NCBI GenBank assembly: GCA_964450955.1
Contig: CAYVFI010000032.1
Coordinates: forward strand, 8,491 to 72,490
Direction: 5' to 3'
Length of the DNA: 64,000 nucleotides
From: an uncultured Planctomycetaceae bacterium
GTDB taxonomy: Bacteria; Planctomycetota; Planctomycetia; Planctomycetales; Planctomycetaceae
Translations under genes and position numbers: made by a program
Shown: piece by piece, positions 10,398-21,543 of the stretch
Layout: every line of letters starts with the position of its first letter
Position numbering within the stretch: position 1 is the first letter of the stretch
Notes under the pieces: generated by a model
The model's input: the letters and a program-made list of their open reading frames with translations, nothing else
Databases searched by the model: none
Told to the model about the DNA's origin: nothing

Positions 10398-13133
10398 CTA
10401 ATCGTCGCTGGATTCTTCAGGCAAACCTTCGCCCAGGGTTCGTAAAAGGAACTCCTCGTACTTGCGGTAGCGGTTGAGTCGTTTCACATCACCGCCGAGG
10501 CCGTGACTTCCGGTTGGGTCGAGAAACAGTTCGACATTGGTTTCTTTGCCGGCTTTCAGAAGTTCGCGGTAGACCTTCACCGTGTCCTGGAACAAAACGT
10601 TGGTGTCTTCCATACCGTGGACCAAAAGCAGTTTGCCTTTGAGGTTCTTCGCGAGTGGCAGCAGCGAATACTTCTTCTGGTCGGGTTTGTCGGTACCTGA
10701 CGGGCCGATGGTTCCCGTCGAATACCACGAGTTGTAGTTTTCCCATTCTGTTGGGCCGGCTCCTGCCATACCAACCTGGAAGACCTTTGGTGCCGTGTAG
10801 AGACACATTTGTGTTTGGAACCCGCCGAAGCTCCACCCGAAGATGCCGACACGTTTGTCGTCGATGTTCATTTCTTTGGTCAGGTATTTGACTCCATCAA
10901 CCAGGTCTTCAACCTGTGGCTTACCCACTTGTTCGTAGTTCGCCTTCTCAAACACGCCGCCATAGCCCGACTGACCGCGGGGGTCGATGACGACGGTAAC
11001 GTAATTGTGTTTCTTTGCCATGTACGAGTTGAAGAAGTACGCGCTGGCACTGTAGCTGCCGTCGACGACAGACTTTCGTGTTCCCAGCGGACCGCCGTAG
11101 ACGTAAATCAGCAAAGGATGCTTGTTCTCTTTCTTCCAGTCGTCTGGTTTGATGACCATGCCCTTGATTGCGTGGCCGTGTCGGTTCTCGTATTCGAAGA
11201 ACTCGGGAACCGTTTTTGTGAAGTGTTTGGCGATCTCGGCGTGCGAGTCGGTCAGTGTCTCAACATCTTGTTTGTCGTCCTGGCGGATGAGTTCGACCAG
11301 TTTGCCGTAGGTGACGAAGTTGGATAGCAATCGTTTGCCATCGTTGCTGACTGCGACGCTGGAGTAGGTTCCGTCTTCCTTTGAAACCCGTTGCATCTGT
11401 TCGGTTTCAAGGTTGATTGAGTAGACCATTTCGCGGGCGGACGAGTCTTTGGTGGCGGTCACAAACAGGTGCTTGTGATCTTTCGACATCCGTTGTGGGT
11501 AGACTTCGTAGTGCCCGTTCGTCAGCTGTTTGACGCTTTCATACAGCGGATCCAGCATATGAACGTGGCGGAAGCCGCTTTGTTCGCTCACGAAAACAAT
11601 GTGGTGACTGTCCCAGGCGAACTGAGGCGAAACCATGCGTGGCGTGTTTGGGCCGCCAAAGTGCTGGAACCGATAAGCGACGCGAGCCGGGTGCTTCTTT
11701 GGGCCTTTGTCATCATCTTGCTTGCCCGACTTCTTGCTGTCCTTGTCATCGTCTTTGGGGAACTCGCCCAGCAGGATCTGGACTTCTGAGTTCTTCTGGT
11801 CGAAGAAACAGAACGTGACTTTTGATCCGTCGGGAGCCCACTCAGGGCTGCTGATGGTGTCTCGTGGTTCGTCGATTTTGGTTCGGAAGATCTCGATCAA
11901 TTCAGCGTCTTCGGTTTTTGCCTTCTCAAGGTCGTAAAGAAACACCGCCACATCACGCGGTTCGGTCTTGTCGTCGGAAACAGTACGGGCCACCGATGAC
12001 GCTTTGGCGAATCGATCGCGATACCGAATGTAGTCCACTGTTCGAGAACCGGTTGGACGACCGCCACTTCCGCGACCAACCACGACAAGACGTTTGCCAT
12101 CGGGGCTAACATCGTATCCGGCCAGTTCCAGACCACCGCTTAGTCGCGGGTTGATTTGTTCGACCATGTGGCTGCCGAAAGTCACCCGATGTACAACGTC
12201 GTCGGCTCCAAATGTGAACCCTGACCCATCCGGCAGATAGTCCACTCGCGATTCTCGGTTGTTGGTCTTTGTTAGCCGGGCGAGCTTTGGTTTTGTGACA
12301 TCTTCAATCTGATAGACGTCGCCACCAGTCGAGATGAGCATCGCATTCTTTTCGGGATGCCATGTGAATGATGAGATGCCGCCGTAACGCGGGGCTTTTT
12401 CGTCGTCGGCGTCTTTGTCCGACACCTTGCTGACGATTTTCTGGATTTCCTCGTCGCTTAGTTTGTCCTTTTTACCCTTCGCTTTTTCTTCGTCGGTGTC
12501 GGTGGTCTCTTCTGACTTGGCGTCCTTGTCCTGTTCGTCTTCTGAGTCCTTCTTGTCGTCTGACTTCTTTTTCTTTCTGGCTTTTGCCAGTCGCGCTTCC
12601 TTGACCTTGCGAGCCGACTTTTGGAACTCGGACATCATGACCACATTGGTCAGTCGCGTGTTTGTGTTGTTCTCAAAATCGTAAAGCCAGATGTCACTGC
12701 CGTGGCGACGTTCAACACGCGGCCGATACAGATACGCAGCGAAGCGACCATCGTTCGAGAACGCGGGCCGTGACGCTCGAGAACCGAACATGCTTTTGTC
12801 GGGGAACAGGTTCTCAAGCGTGAGTTCCTTTTTCTTGTTGTCCTTCTCGTCCTTCGAAGCAGCTTTTTTCTGATCCTTCTGGTCAGCGTCTCCGTTCTCC
12901 TTCTTATCGCCGGACTTCCTGGCGTCGTCCATTTCCTGCTTCTTGCGTTCCTCTTCCTGTTTTTTCAGACGCTCGGCTCGCTTGCGCTTGCGGCGTTCCT
13001 GCCTGGTTTCCTGCTTCTTTTCGGTTTGTTCCTGCTTTTGTTTGTCGTCCTGCGACTTCTTTTCAGTGTCCTGGGCGAACCCGATGTGAGTGAATACGAC
13101 GAGGCAAAGCGTAAAACAAATTCGGCGAATCAT
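10398..13133 (-). CDS. S9 family peptidase (prolyl oligopeptidase/dipeptidyl-peptidase type) with N-terminal K/E-rich low-complexity segments
   Basis: 911 aa ORF with a signal peptide. It has a beta-propeller-like middle and a C-terminal alpha/beta hydrolase with the catalytic serine motif GWSFGG. Confidence 0.85.
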   Translation of the reverse strand: MIRRICFTLCLVVFTHIGFAQDTEKKSQDDKQKQEQTEKKQETRQERRKRKRAERLKKQEEERKKQEMDDARKSGDKKENGDADQKDQKKAASKDEKDNKKKELTLENLFPDKSMFGSRASRPAFSNDGRFAAYLYRPRVERRHGSDIWLYDFENNTNTRLTNVVMMSEFQKSARKVKEARLAKARKKKKSDDKKDSEDEQDKDAKSEETTDTDEEKAKGKKDKLSDEEIQKIVSKVSDKDADDEKAPRYGGISSFTWHPEKNAMLISTGGDVYQIEDVTKPKLARLTKTNNRESRVDYLPDGSGFTFGADDVVHRVTFGSHMVEQINPRLSGGLELAGYDVSPDGKRLVVVGRGSGGRPTGSRTVDYIRYRDRFAKASSVARTVSDDKTEPRDVAVFLYDLEKAKTEDAELIEIFRTKIDEPRDTISSPEWAPDGSKVTFCFFDQKNSEVQILLGEFPKDDDKDSKKSGKQDDDKGPKKHPARVAYRFQHFGGPNTPRMVSPQFAWDSHHIVFVSEQSGFRHVHMLDPLYESVKQLTNGHYEVYPQRMSKDHKHLFVTATKDSSAREMVYSINLETEQMQRVSKEDGTYSSVAVSNDGKRLLSNFVTYGKLVELIRQDDKQDVETLTDSHAEIAKHFTKTVPEFFEYENRHGHAIKGMVIKPDDWKKENKHPLLIYVYGGPLGTRKSVVDGSYSASAYFFNSYMAKKHNYVTVVIDPRGQSGYGGVFEKANYEQVGKPQVEDLVDGVKYLTKEMNIDDKRVGIFGWSFGGFQTQMCLYTAPKVFQVGMAGAGPTEWENYNSWYSTGTIGPSGTDKPDQKKYSLLPLAKNLKGKLLLVHGMEDTNVLFQDTVKVYRELLKAGKETNVELFLDPTGSHGLGGDVKRLNRYRKYEEFLLRTLGEGLPEESSDD

Positions 13134-13318
13134 GTGGAGAACCGTTCGGATTCAAGACAAAAGATGATTGTGCTGACATCATGGTACGGAGTGACGTTTT
13201 GGGTCAGCAAGCAGCGAATCCACTGTATCGCGTCCGATCGGTTTTTTGTGGGGGAAGTGTCGGATTTGCCGGAGACGGTGTACTCTGGCATACAACGTTT
13301 TCACAGACGGAATAAATA

Positions 13319-14749
13319 ATGAGAACTCGATTCACCTTCGCCCTGATCTTTGGCCTGAGTTGTACCGGTATGGCTGCCGGTCAGGAGCAAACAACCGATA
13401 CGGAACCGGTCAGGGAACGAGCAGCGGGGCAGGAAGCAAAGCCGATCGAAGAGGCGGTTCCTGAGCAGGAGCCTGCTGCGGCTGTAGAGATGGTTGGTGA
13501 AGAAATCGAGGTGCTCGGCAACTCCAGCATGGTCGAACAGGCTGTAGCCAAAGAGCTCGCCTACCTCAAGAAGGTGACCAGGCTGGATGACGGAGTCATT
13601 GCCGGAATGAAGTTGGGAATGAAGCCCCTCATCAGGAAAGAGGCTGGAAGGCAGGGTCAGATGTTCGCAATGCCCAACATGATTAGTCCCAGCTTGCTTA
13701 AGGCAATAGCGAACGCAGCCGAGCTGGTGGTACCGGACAAGAAGCTGTACGCAGTCTACCGCGAAGACATTGATCTGCGTCTTCGCTTTGACGAAGCCGC
13801 AGCAGTTACAGCGTTCACTCAGACGCTCGGAAGTATGGTCGGGCTAACTACGTCTCAGGGCCCTGCATGTGAGAAGCTTGCGAGAAAGCTGTACAAGCAG
13901 GGCACGATTAATGGTTCGACATTCCTTCTCGCTCAGGGTTCCCTTGGGCCGGTGGTTAAGGCGGCGGATCTGAAAACTGTTCTGACTGAAAAACAGCTGA
14001 AGTACTTCAAGGAATTTAATACTGGCCAGGCGATGTTTTTCGATCCACAGCCCACAAAAGAGGAACAGTCTGCAGCGGAACACCGCGAGGAACTGGTTGG
14101 AAACCTACGCAAAGTGATCGCGATGAAGATCGACCAGGTGGACGGCGAATTCAAACTTGATGCTCGGCAGAGGCGAAAACTGGAACTAGTTGGCAAGAGC
14201 ATCATCTCGAAGACGGTGGCGAAACGGGTGCAGGCCGAAGTGGAGTACAAGCAATGGATGGCGGCCCTGCAAGCTGGAAACGATGGCTTTGAAGAACCTG
14301 ATCCTGAGATGATGGCACTAGCGACAGCGGGCCCCGTCCAGCTATTTGAGAACCAGGCCGCACGATGGGACAAGTATGTCACCGGAACGTTGAATGACAA
14401 ACAGAAGGCGACCTGGGAGGCAATGAAAAAGTCGCAGGCTTTCGCGGTTCGTGACTCTTTGTGCTACATGTTGGTCAAAGCGTTTGGGGCGCAGTTGAAC
14501 CTGACCGGGAAGCAGCAAGCAGCGACGCATAAGCTCATGTCGAATCACCTTGGACCCGTCACCTCAGGTGGCATCAACAGCGAGGGCATTATCGACAGCT
14601 ATCGCGGCTTACTGGACATCAAAGACGCTGACTTCGCCGAAGCGATGGGTGACGATAACTGGCAGACCTTTAAGCCACAGATGAATGAGTTGAGGCAGCA
14701 GATTGAGGTAATGGACAAGAAAAAGGCGGATGAAGAAACCGACGAATGA
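13319..14749 (+). CDS. Hypothetical secreted protein
   Basis: 476 aa ORF with a clear signal peptide (MRTRFTFALIFGLSCTGMAAGQEQ) and normal codon usage. No family recognised. Confidence 0.5.
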   Translation: MRTRFTFALIFGLSCTGMAAGQEQTTDTEPVRERAAGQEAKPIEEAVPEQEPAAAVEMVGEEIEVLGNSSMVEQAVAKELAYLKKVTRLDDGVIAGMKLGMKPLIRKEAGRQGQMFAMPNMISPSLLKAIANAAELVVPDKKLYAVYREDIDLRLRFDEAAAVTAFTQTLGSMVGLTTSQGPACEKLARKLYKQGTINGSTFLLAQGSLGPVVKAADLKTVLTEKQLKYFKEFNTGQAMFFDPQPTKEEQSAAEHREELVGNLRKVIAMKIDQVDGEFKLDARQRRKLELVGKSIISKTVAKRVQAEVEYKQWMAALQAGNDGFEEPDPEMMALATAGPVQLFENQAARWDKYVTGTLNDKQKATWEAMKKSQAFAVRDSLCYMLVKAFGAQLNLTGKQQAATHKLMSNHLGPVTSGGINSEGIIDSYRGLLDIKDADFAEAMGDDNWQTFKPQMNELRQQIEVMDKKKADEETDE

Positions 14750-14802
14750 ACATGGCGAACCCCGCGACCTGCAGCAAATCCGCCGGGACAGCGTGTGGTT
14801 CG

Positions 14803-16263
14803 CTACTTCGGAATGTAGTTCAGAGTGTAATACGCGGCTGTGTGCAACAGCGGCGACCGCTTTGCTGAACGAACACCCTTCAGGTGCAACTCATGCACAT
14901 GGCCGCGCTGTAGTCCATCGATAAACAGCCGCACCGATTTTCCGTCCGCGCCGACAACGGCTTTGGTAATGGTCGGCTTGGTATGATCGACCTCCGGGCT
15001 GCCGTATGACGACTGGAAAATATAGGTGTAGGTTTCGATTTCATACGACGCCAGATCCTGCGCCGTGGAAGTATCGACTGGTTCTGTGAAGGTGAGTTCG
15101 AAGCCATCCGATTTGGCTCGCATTTCATGAACCTCAAAAGGTGTCTTGCCAGTCCAGACGACACGTTCGACAGCGAACGGTTTCTTGCCGATGGAACCCC
15201 AGCCACGGTTGGTTCCACCAACAAACATAGAACCATCTTTGCCGAATTCGACCGGAAGACTGCCGGATCCGAATCCTTCACGAAACGGGAAGCATGCGCC
15301 TTGATAATGACCGTCTATCTTTTCCAGAAAGCACCGCATGACTGTCGAATCGTGTTGATCGCCGACAAACATCTGGTTCCGAAACGGACCAAATTTCCCG
15401 CCGCTCACATCGCACGCGACACCGCTGGCTGACTTTCCCATCTTGCTGTACGGAAACAGAATGACCGGCGGTTCGTACTCAGGAATCTTGTCCGCTTCGA
15501 CCATAATCCGGCTACCGCTAAGAGGTTCCTTTGGAGCCGGACCAATGGCGCCCCTGGATTCCGGGTACCACTTATTGCCGCCGGGGTGCCCCTGAAACGA
15601 ACCGGGTCGCAACCACTTCAGGCTACACGTTCCGTTCCACGGTCCCTGATTATCCGTGTAGAACACATCACCGGTGGCGTTGAAACCGACTCCGCCAGGC
15701 GAACGCACTCCACTGCAGGTTGGAATCAGGTCGCCCTTTTCGTTGGCCCGCATGCACCAGCCTCGAAACTTGCTGTTCGAATTAAACGAACCGGTCAGGC
15801 ACATCGGCAGCCAGATGTTGCCATCCTTGTCAAACTTCGAACCAAACGTGTATTCGTGATAGTCGCCGTTGATGCCCCATTGGTCGGTGACGGTTTCAAA
15901 CACATCAGCTTTGCCATCGCCATTAGAGTCTTTGATTCGGCTAAGTTCGCACCGCTGCGTGACGTACAGCCAGCCATCCTTGTACGCCAGCCCCAAAACT
16001 TCGTGCAGCCCGTGCGCGAAGCGAGTCATCTTCACGTCGTCGACGGAACCGGAGTACGCGTTCTCGACCATGTAAATTTCACCGCGGCGCGATGAGACGG
16101 CTACGCGACCGTTCGGCAATGGTTCAATCGCTCCGGCTTCAAGAACGACGCCTTCCGGAATCGGCAGTGTCAGTAGTTTGTAGTAGTCATCTTCCTTTGC
16201 CGTGTCCTGTGCGAACGCAGGAGTGACGAAAAGAACTGACAGTACGGCTATTGTTTTCAACAT
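14803..16263 (-). CDS. Glucose/sorbosone dehydrogenase-like beta-propeller protein (PQQ-dependent sugar dehydrogenase family), secreted
   Basis: 486 aa ORF with a signal peptide. It sits immediately downstream of a multi-heme cytochrome c/PA14 gene, a common planctomycete pairing. Sequence blocks are typical of the GSDH-like propeller. Confidence 0.5.
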   Translation of the reverse strand: MLKTIAVLSVLFVTPAFAQDTAKEDDYYKLLTLPIPEGVVLEAGAIEPLPNGRVAVSSRRGEIYMVENAYSGSVDDVKMTRFAHGLHEVLGLAYKDGWLYVTQRCELSRIKDSNGDGKADVFETVTDQWGINGDYHEYTFGSKFDKDGNIWLPMCLTGSFNSNSKFRGWCMRANEKGDLIPTCSGVRSPGGVGFNATGDVFYTDNQGPWNGTCSLKWLRPGSFQGHPGGNKWYPESRGAIGPAPKEPLSGSRIMVEADKIPEYEPPVILFPYSKMGKSASGVACDVSGGKFGPFRNQMFVGDQHDSTVMRCFLEKIDGHYQGACFPFREGFGSGSLPVEFGKDGSMFVGGTNRGWGSIGKKPFAVERVVWTGKTPFEVHEMRAKSDGFELTFTEPVDTSTAQDLASYEIETYTYIFQSSYGSPEVDHTKPTITKAVVGADGKSVRLFIDGLQRGHVHELHLKGVRSAKRSPLLHTAAYYTLNYIPK

Positions 16264-16318
16264 GGTCTTGAATTCTTAGTTGCGATTAATTCTGTAATCC
16301 GCAGTCGAAGCAGGCGTT

Positions 16319-19021
16319 CTACCAACGAATTTGCTGAACCACTTTTGAAGTCACAGGAACCAGAAGTTCCTGACTACCTTTGATTTCGCGGATCATTGGT
16401 TTTGATCCGGGGAACGTCATCTCAACGGCGTTGTTGATGAGATAGGTGTCGTCCTTGATCTTCTTTACATCGCCCGCGGCGGCTCTGAAATACCACATCC
16501 CGTCGGGCTGGCCGTTGTTGGCTGACTTCACGGTGATGGTTCGCTCAAGCCACGGGAACGGCTTCTCTTTGACCGGTTTGATGAAGTCCGAAACGCTTGT
16601 TTCACCAATCGTGTAGTTAAACGTCGGCTGGCCGGTATCGTTTAGCTTGTAGCCACGAAACCGAACCGGTTCGGGCACGTTTGGCCAGGCCGGCCACGTT
16701 TCGGATTTCGTATCTTTAAGCTTCGCCAGCGGAATGCTGCGAACCAAAGACATGCGGTTATCGCCCAACGGTTCCTGCCGACCCTGACCGCGACCGGTCC
16801 AGTGTTTCGCGGCGTCGATGAACGCGCCGTGCCAGATAAGAGCCAGGCTCATGTCCGTCGCGTCCCACGCATAATGGGCCTTCTCAGGGTTTCCGATCGC
16901 GATCCCACGTGGGCTAAGGCCCGCGATGAAGTTGCGATAGATGACCGGTTCTCGGAATGGCTTGAGTTCCATCTTTCCGACAACCATGCCCGCAGGAATG
17001 GATGCCTTGTCGCCGTCGGCCAGGTAAGTCCAAATCGCCTCGACCTGCGTCGCCGCTGTTCCGTCGAGAACGTTTTTCATAATGACTTTGCCGTTCGGCC
17101 ACGCCTGCGGCATGCGAGTCCCAGGCCGGTAAGCCTGAGGATCAAGCAGGTAACGATGGAACCAGTCCTTTCGCAGTCGGCGTGTCATGGTTTGCAGGTC
17201 CAGCGCCTGAAGTCCCGGAGCTTTGTACTTGCCAAAGTAATGACACTTCATGCAGGACAGGCCGTCACCGCCAACCAGCAGTCGGCCGCCGCCCTTCACG
17301 CGGTGGATCGGTTCTTTAAAAGTCACCTTCGAAACTTCTTCTCTGCGATCCGCCTTCGCGAACGCATCGACGATGGCTCCGACATGCTCCGAACCAAACT
17401 TCGGCATACGCGTTAGCATGTAAGGCCGATCGTTGGCTCCGTTGTCCATGACGTGTTTCAGCCACGCAGAATTTAACTTGTCGCCCACCCCATCCAGCGG
17501 CGGCGGAACGCGGCCTTCGTCACCCATTTCCGGGATGGTTGTCTTGAAGTAATCGTTGCGAACACGTTCGACTCCGCCGATTTTGTTTCGCACATGACAC
17601 GCATAACAATTGAACGTCAGCATGGTACTGGCGATCGGTGAAGCAGCCGGTGCTGGAGTCCGAGACGCCGCGATCAGCGATTCGCGCTGGTTCGCGCTTA
17701 GGTGGAAGTTCGGAACATTCGGTGGTGGTTCAGCCGCAACACAGCCGGCAACCCGGCGGGATGGCAAACGAATGGACTTCATTGGCGTCCCGACCAACAC
17801 GCCGCCCCGTTTCACATTGTGGCACGAAGCACAATTGTATTTGGCAAACAGTAGCTGACCCTGCTTTGCGAGTTCCGGTTGCCATTTGAACCCACCGTCG
17901 GTCTCAACGGGCACTTTGGTTGATGTGACGAAACCGGCAAGGTCTTGCTTTCGGCCGCCCGGTGCTTTGATTTTTGCTTCCAGTTCTTCTCCCCCGCCAC
18001 CTTCGAAGTATTCCAGCCGCAATGCGTGCGGGCCTTCGGATAGTTGTTGTCGTCCCTGCTTGCGAGACATCGGATGAATGCCGTCGTTAATGATGAGCGG
18101 CTTTCCATCGATCAGAAGTCGGCTGCCATCGTCAGAAGCGATTTCAAATTGGTAATTGCCTTCTTTGGCAATCTGCAGGAACCCTTCAAACACAATCCCA
18201 AAGTTGTCTTTGCGAGCAGCCAATCCCAAATCGAATCCGGTAACGGCGCCCGCTGACTTCGGTTCCAGCGAATCAAAGTCCGGCAGGTTTTTCCAACTGC
18301 CTTCGTAGTACTTGTAAGTCAGGTTCGCGGGAACCTTGATATCGCGTAGCAGATAGCCTGCGATATCTGCGGCTTCGGCGTCTGTCAGGTTTAGGTTCGG
18401 CATCCGCCCCGACGGCCTCGCGGCGTGCGGGTTCCTGAGAAACGCAGCCAGACTGCCGACCGTGTACTTCTTGTCCACAAACGCCAAAGGGACCGACCCC
18501 TTGATTGTTGCTGCTCCTGCCTGCTGAGGCTGATGGCAGGCGACACAACCAACCTGATGAAACAGTCTTTTGCCGCGAACAATCCCACTGGGCGGAGTGT
18601 CTACCAGGATGTTGTCACCGACCAGAAAGTGAGTGATCGATTCGGCAGCCTTGTCGCGTTCTGCCGCAGGCAAGGCGTCCAGCATAGAAGGCATCAGCGT
18701 TCCAGGCTTGGCAACATGTGGGTTCGCAATGATCGCCCGAATGGCGTCCGGTCGAACACGCTTTCCTATGTCCTGCAAATTCGGAGCACTCCGAGGATGC
18801 GCCGCCTTGGGCAGACCGTCGTGACAGCTGGCACACCGGAGTTCGTTTAGGAGTACGTGACCCGCTTCGGCAGATTTTGCGGATTCGGCATGAAAACGTT
18901 CGACGCCGGAAATAAGTGGGTAATCATCTGCTCGCGTCGCACGTCCTCCACAAAGGATGGCAGAAAACACTGCAACGACAAAACACAGACGCGCAATAGA
19001 GAGTGATGGCCTTGGTGTCAT
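16319..19021 (-). CDS. Multi-heme c-type cytochrome with a PA14 domain (planctomycete-type heme-binding CxxCH protein)
   Basis: 900 aa ORF with a signal peptide. It has five CxxCH motifs (CASCH, CVACH, CASCH, CYACH, CMKCH). A PA14-like block is present (GFDLGLAARKDNFGIVFEGFLQIAKEGNYQFEIASDDGSRLLIDG). Confidence 0.8.
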   Translation of the reverse strand: MTPRPSLSIARLCFVVAVFSAILCGGRATRADDYPLISGVERFHAESAKSAEAGHVLLNELRCASCHDGLPKAAHPRSAPNLQDIGKRVRPDAIRAIIANPHVAKPGTLMPSMLDALPAAERDKAAESITHFLVGDNILVDTPPSGIVRGKRLFHQVGCVACHQPQQAGAATIKGSVPLAFVDKKYTVGSLAAFLRNPHAARPSGRMPNLNLTDAEAADIAGYLLRDIKVPANLTYKYYEGSWKNLPDFDSLEPKSAGAVTGFDLGLAARKDNFGIVFEGFLQIAKEGNYQFEIASDDGSRLLIDGKPLIINDGIHPMSRKQGRQQLSEGPHALRLEYFEGGGGEELEAKIKAPGGRKQDLAGFVTSTKVPVETDGGFKWQPELAKQGQLLFAKYNCASCHNVKRGGVLVGTPMKSIRLPSRRVAGCVAAEPPPNVPNFHLSANQRESLIAASRTPAPAASPIASTMLTFNCYACHVRNKIGGVERVRNDYFKTTIPEMGDEGRVPPPLDGVGDKLNSAWLKHVMDNGANDRPYMLTRMPKFGSEHVGAIVDAFAKADRREEVSKVTFKEPIHRVKGGGRLLVGGDGLSCMKCHYFGKYKAPGLQALDLQTMTRRLRKDWFHRYLLDPQAYRPGTRMPQAWPNGKVIMKNVLDGTAATQVEAIWTYLADGDKASIPAGMVVGKMELKPFREPVIYRNFIAGLSPRGIAIGNPEKAHYAWDATDMSLALIWHGAFIDAAKHWTGRGQGRQEPLGDNRMSLVRSIPLAKLKDTKSETWPAWPNVPEPVRFRGYKLNDTGQPTFNYTIGETSVSDFIKPVKEKPFPWLERTITVKSANNGQPDGMWYFRAAAGDVKKIKDDTYLINNAVEMTFPGSKPMIREIKGSQELLVPVTSKVVQQIRW

Positions 19022-20277
19022 TCTTGCAAATCTTGATTGGTCTCCGTCCGAAGTTCGGATGATCCTTCGTGCGGAGAGGTGGGGTCAATCAACTCGACAG
19101 CAGGTGTGCAATCAGGTCGATGACACTCGACTTGTTCGGTGGGAACCCAGAAGCATGGGCAGCTGGGTGAAGTTTTCCCGAAATCGTTTGCAGAGTTCGG
19201 GATGCAGCGGAAACAAAAACCGGAGGGAACTCAACTGATGTTTGGTACGGAGGTTGCCCAAAGGCACCGTGCCAGTGCTGATCATCAGCAATGGAGTCGC
19301 CAGAAGCAAGCTTTGCAGGGGGGCGACTCAATGAGGCATGGAAAAATGGAGAAGAAAATGAACGCAATTCAAATGCTGGAAGAACAGCTCGGCTTCGCTG
19401 TAATCGACTCATTGGTTCAGGCTAACGTCGATTTACAGACAGTCACGCTTGAACAAGCCAAGCAAATGCTGGTTCAGGCCGGTCGCGAACGCCGCGAAAA
19501 CGGCGACGGACTAAGCCTGCACGTTGGGTGATACGCGCCGAAACGGGCCTGTCGCAGAACGATTCGCAAGTGCGTGCGTCGCCCGAACAGCGTCGTCGCG
19601 TCCCTGGCTGAAATCCACATCACACCCGGCGTCCGGTGATTTGAAGCGTTGAACTTAACCGCTTCGCGTGGTCAGCGTTCGCTGAGGTAAGAACGTCTCT
19701 TGTTGGATCGCCGCTTTTTGTGTGGTCCGATTTTCCTGGTCGCCTGGGTTTTCCTGGTCATCGGCGCTGAGACTGTCTGGTGCGATATCGCTCGGCTGTT
19801 CGCCGGTGATGCTGCGACTTTATGCGGTCGCATCTGCGCCAAGGGGGCCATGCTGGAGGAGTCGTCTGACTGTGTTGTGCTGTCGGGCGTTACTCATTCT
19901 CTTTCAGCAGGAATCACCACCATGACGCCATGGCAACAGCGGATCACGCAGCTCACAAAACGTATGGCCGAAGAACGCAAACAACTCACCCGGCGACGCC
20001 CGTTTGAACCAGCCTTCGCCCGATCGGAGTCTCCTTCACGCTGCGCGGTACCAGGAATTCCGCCCACACATACGCCCGACGCTTGCCCCAACCGGCCGAA
20101 AACACTGCCTGGAAGCGGATCAGCCACGATCGACGACCGTTTGCAAGTGACAAGCCGCATGTCGGCCCGTACTCTAAATGCTGTCCCGCTCACTGAGTCA
20201 CACTGCATCCGCAGTTAGCACACAAACCAAGCTCACGAAGCGGAAAACTTCAACGCACGATCTCTACGTCCGCATCC

Positions 20278-21135
20278 TTGCAGCCGCAGAGATCGCAATT
20301 CGTTATGCGGCAAAGGATCAAGAACGCGCGGATGGTCCCGAAACGCAAAAATCAGGCACTTCGTGATTCGCTACTGAAGCACATCTACGCTCTCGGCGGA
20401 ATTGCAGTCGCCGAAGACTTGCGGCCACGTGTCGAAAGCGAACTCAACCTGACCATCAGCGACGACGAAAATGACCGATGGACACCGGTCGTTTCATGGG
20501 CACTGATTGACATGCGTGATGAAGGTCTACTCGTCAGCCCATTCGAAAGTCGCGACAGCCCTGCGAGTCGTTCATGGATTCAAAAGAACTGCCCTGGGCG
20601 CGATTCCAAACAGCAAGTGTGGCGCATCACGCAATTGGGCCGCTCACATCTCAAATCGCTTGGCACGGCGCTCAACGAGATTTCAGTACTATTGCCTTCG
20701 ATTGAAGCGGATAGTCAATCAGCATTCGACGTTGCCGACTTGGCCGACGCACGGACGCGAATTGTCTCAACAATTGTTGCCCGGCGTGGTCAACCTGAAT
20801 TCAGGCGTCGACTCTTATCGCTGTATGACTCTCGCTGTGCGTTCACGAATGCGGATGCGTCCGAAGCGCTCGAGGCGGCGCACATCATGCCGTACAAAGG
20901 TGAGCACACGAACCACCCGTCGAACGGACTTCTTTTGCGCGGCGACATCCACACACTGTTCGATTTGGGGCTTTTGGCAGTAAACTCCGGCGACATGACA
21001 ATTATCGTGTCTGGTCAGCTGCAGCATTCTTGTTATGCGCAGCTCTCCGGCAACTCCCTCAGTCTGCCGGATTCCCAATCGGACTGGCCAAGTACAGACG
21101 TACTCGACTGGCACCGGGAAAAGGCTGAGTTGTAG
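20278..21135 (+). CDS. Mrr_N-like winged-helix plus HNH endonuclease-domain protein (restriction-like nuclease). The true start may be an internal Met around 20305 or 20332.
   Basis: The C-terminus carries HNH_2-type motifs (CAFTNADASEALEAAHIMPY...NGLLLRGDIHTLFDLGLL). The N-terminal ~110 aa show the Mrr_N-like pattern (...WALIDMRDEGLLVS...QVWRITQLGRSHL). Confidence 0.6.
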   Translation: MQPQRSQFVMRQRIKNARMVPKRKNQALRDSLLKHIYALGGIAVAEDLRPRVESELNLTISDDENDRWTPVVSWALIDMRDEGLLVSPFESRDSPASRSWIQKNCPGRDSKQQVWRITQLGRSHLKSLGTALNEISVLLPSIEADSQSAFDVADLADARTRIVSTIVARRGQPEFRRRLLSLYDSRCAFTNADASEALEAAHIMPYKGEHTNHPSNGLLLRGDIHTLFDLGLLAVNSGDMTIIVSGQLQHSCYAQLSGNSLSLPDSQSDWPSTDVLDWHREKAEL

Positions 21136-21543
21136 ACTGTCCTGGGCAACGGCAATCTAACAAAACAGGTGTGTGACTCACTGAACGCGGGAAAGAAATT
21201 GGACGTCGATCATAGTCAGGTTCTGACGAAATGCTGTACTGGCTGATATCTGACGTCACGCGGGGAATGGCGATTAACTACGAATTGCAGAACCGTGAGA
21301 CTGCAACTACAAAACGCATTGACGGTCGACGCGTTTGGATGCCCTACCACGTATCGCTGCTGCAAAAGGTTGACCAACGATGGGCCGATTGGAAACAATC
21401 TGAATATGATGCCACACTATTAACCCATCCGTCCAACGATGCATAACAATGGGTCGCACACGGAGCAGCGAGCCGCGCGGGTTTTGAAATCAATGTCGTT
21501 TGCCGCAGGCCGGTGAACCCGAACGTTAGCCAGCAATCAAGCC

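Noticed and set aside
19700-20218. 172 aa ORF with a hydrophobic N-terminus upstream of the HNH nuclease gene, and ORF 19139..19531
   Set aside because: No recognisable motifs. They are Arg/Cys-rich with odd composition and have overlapping alternative-frame ORFs. Left unannotated; they could be real small proteins, but this is unsupported.
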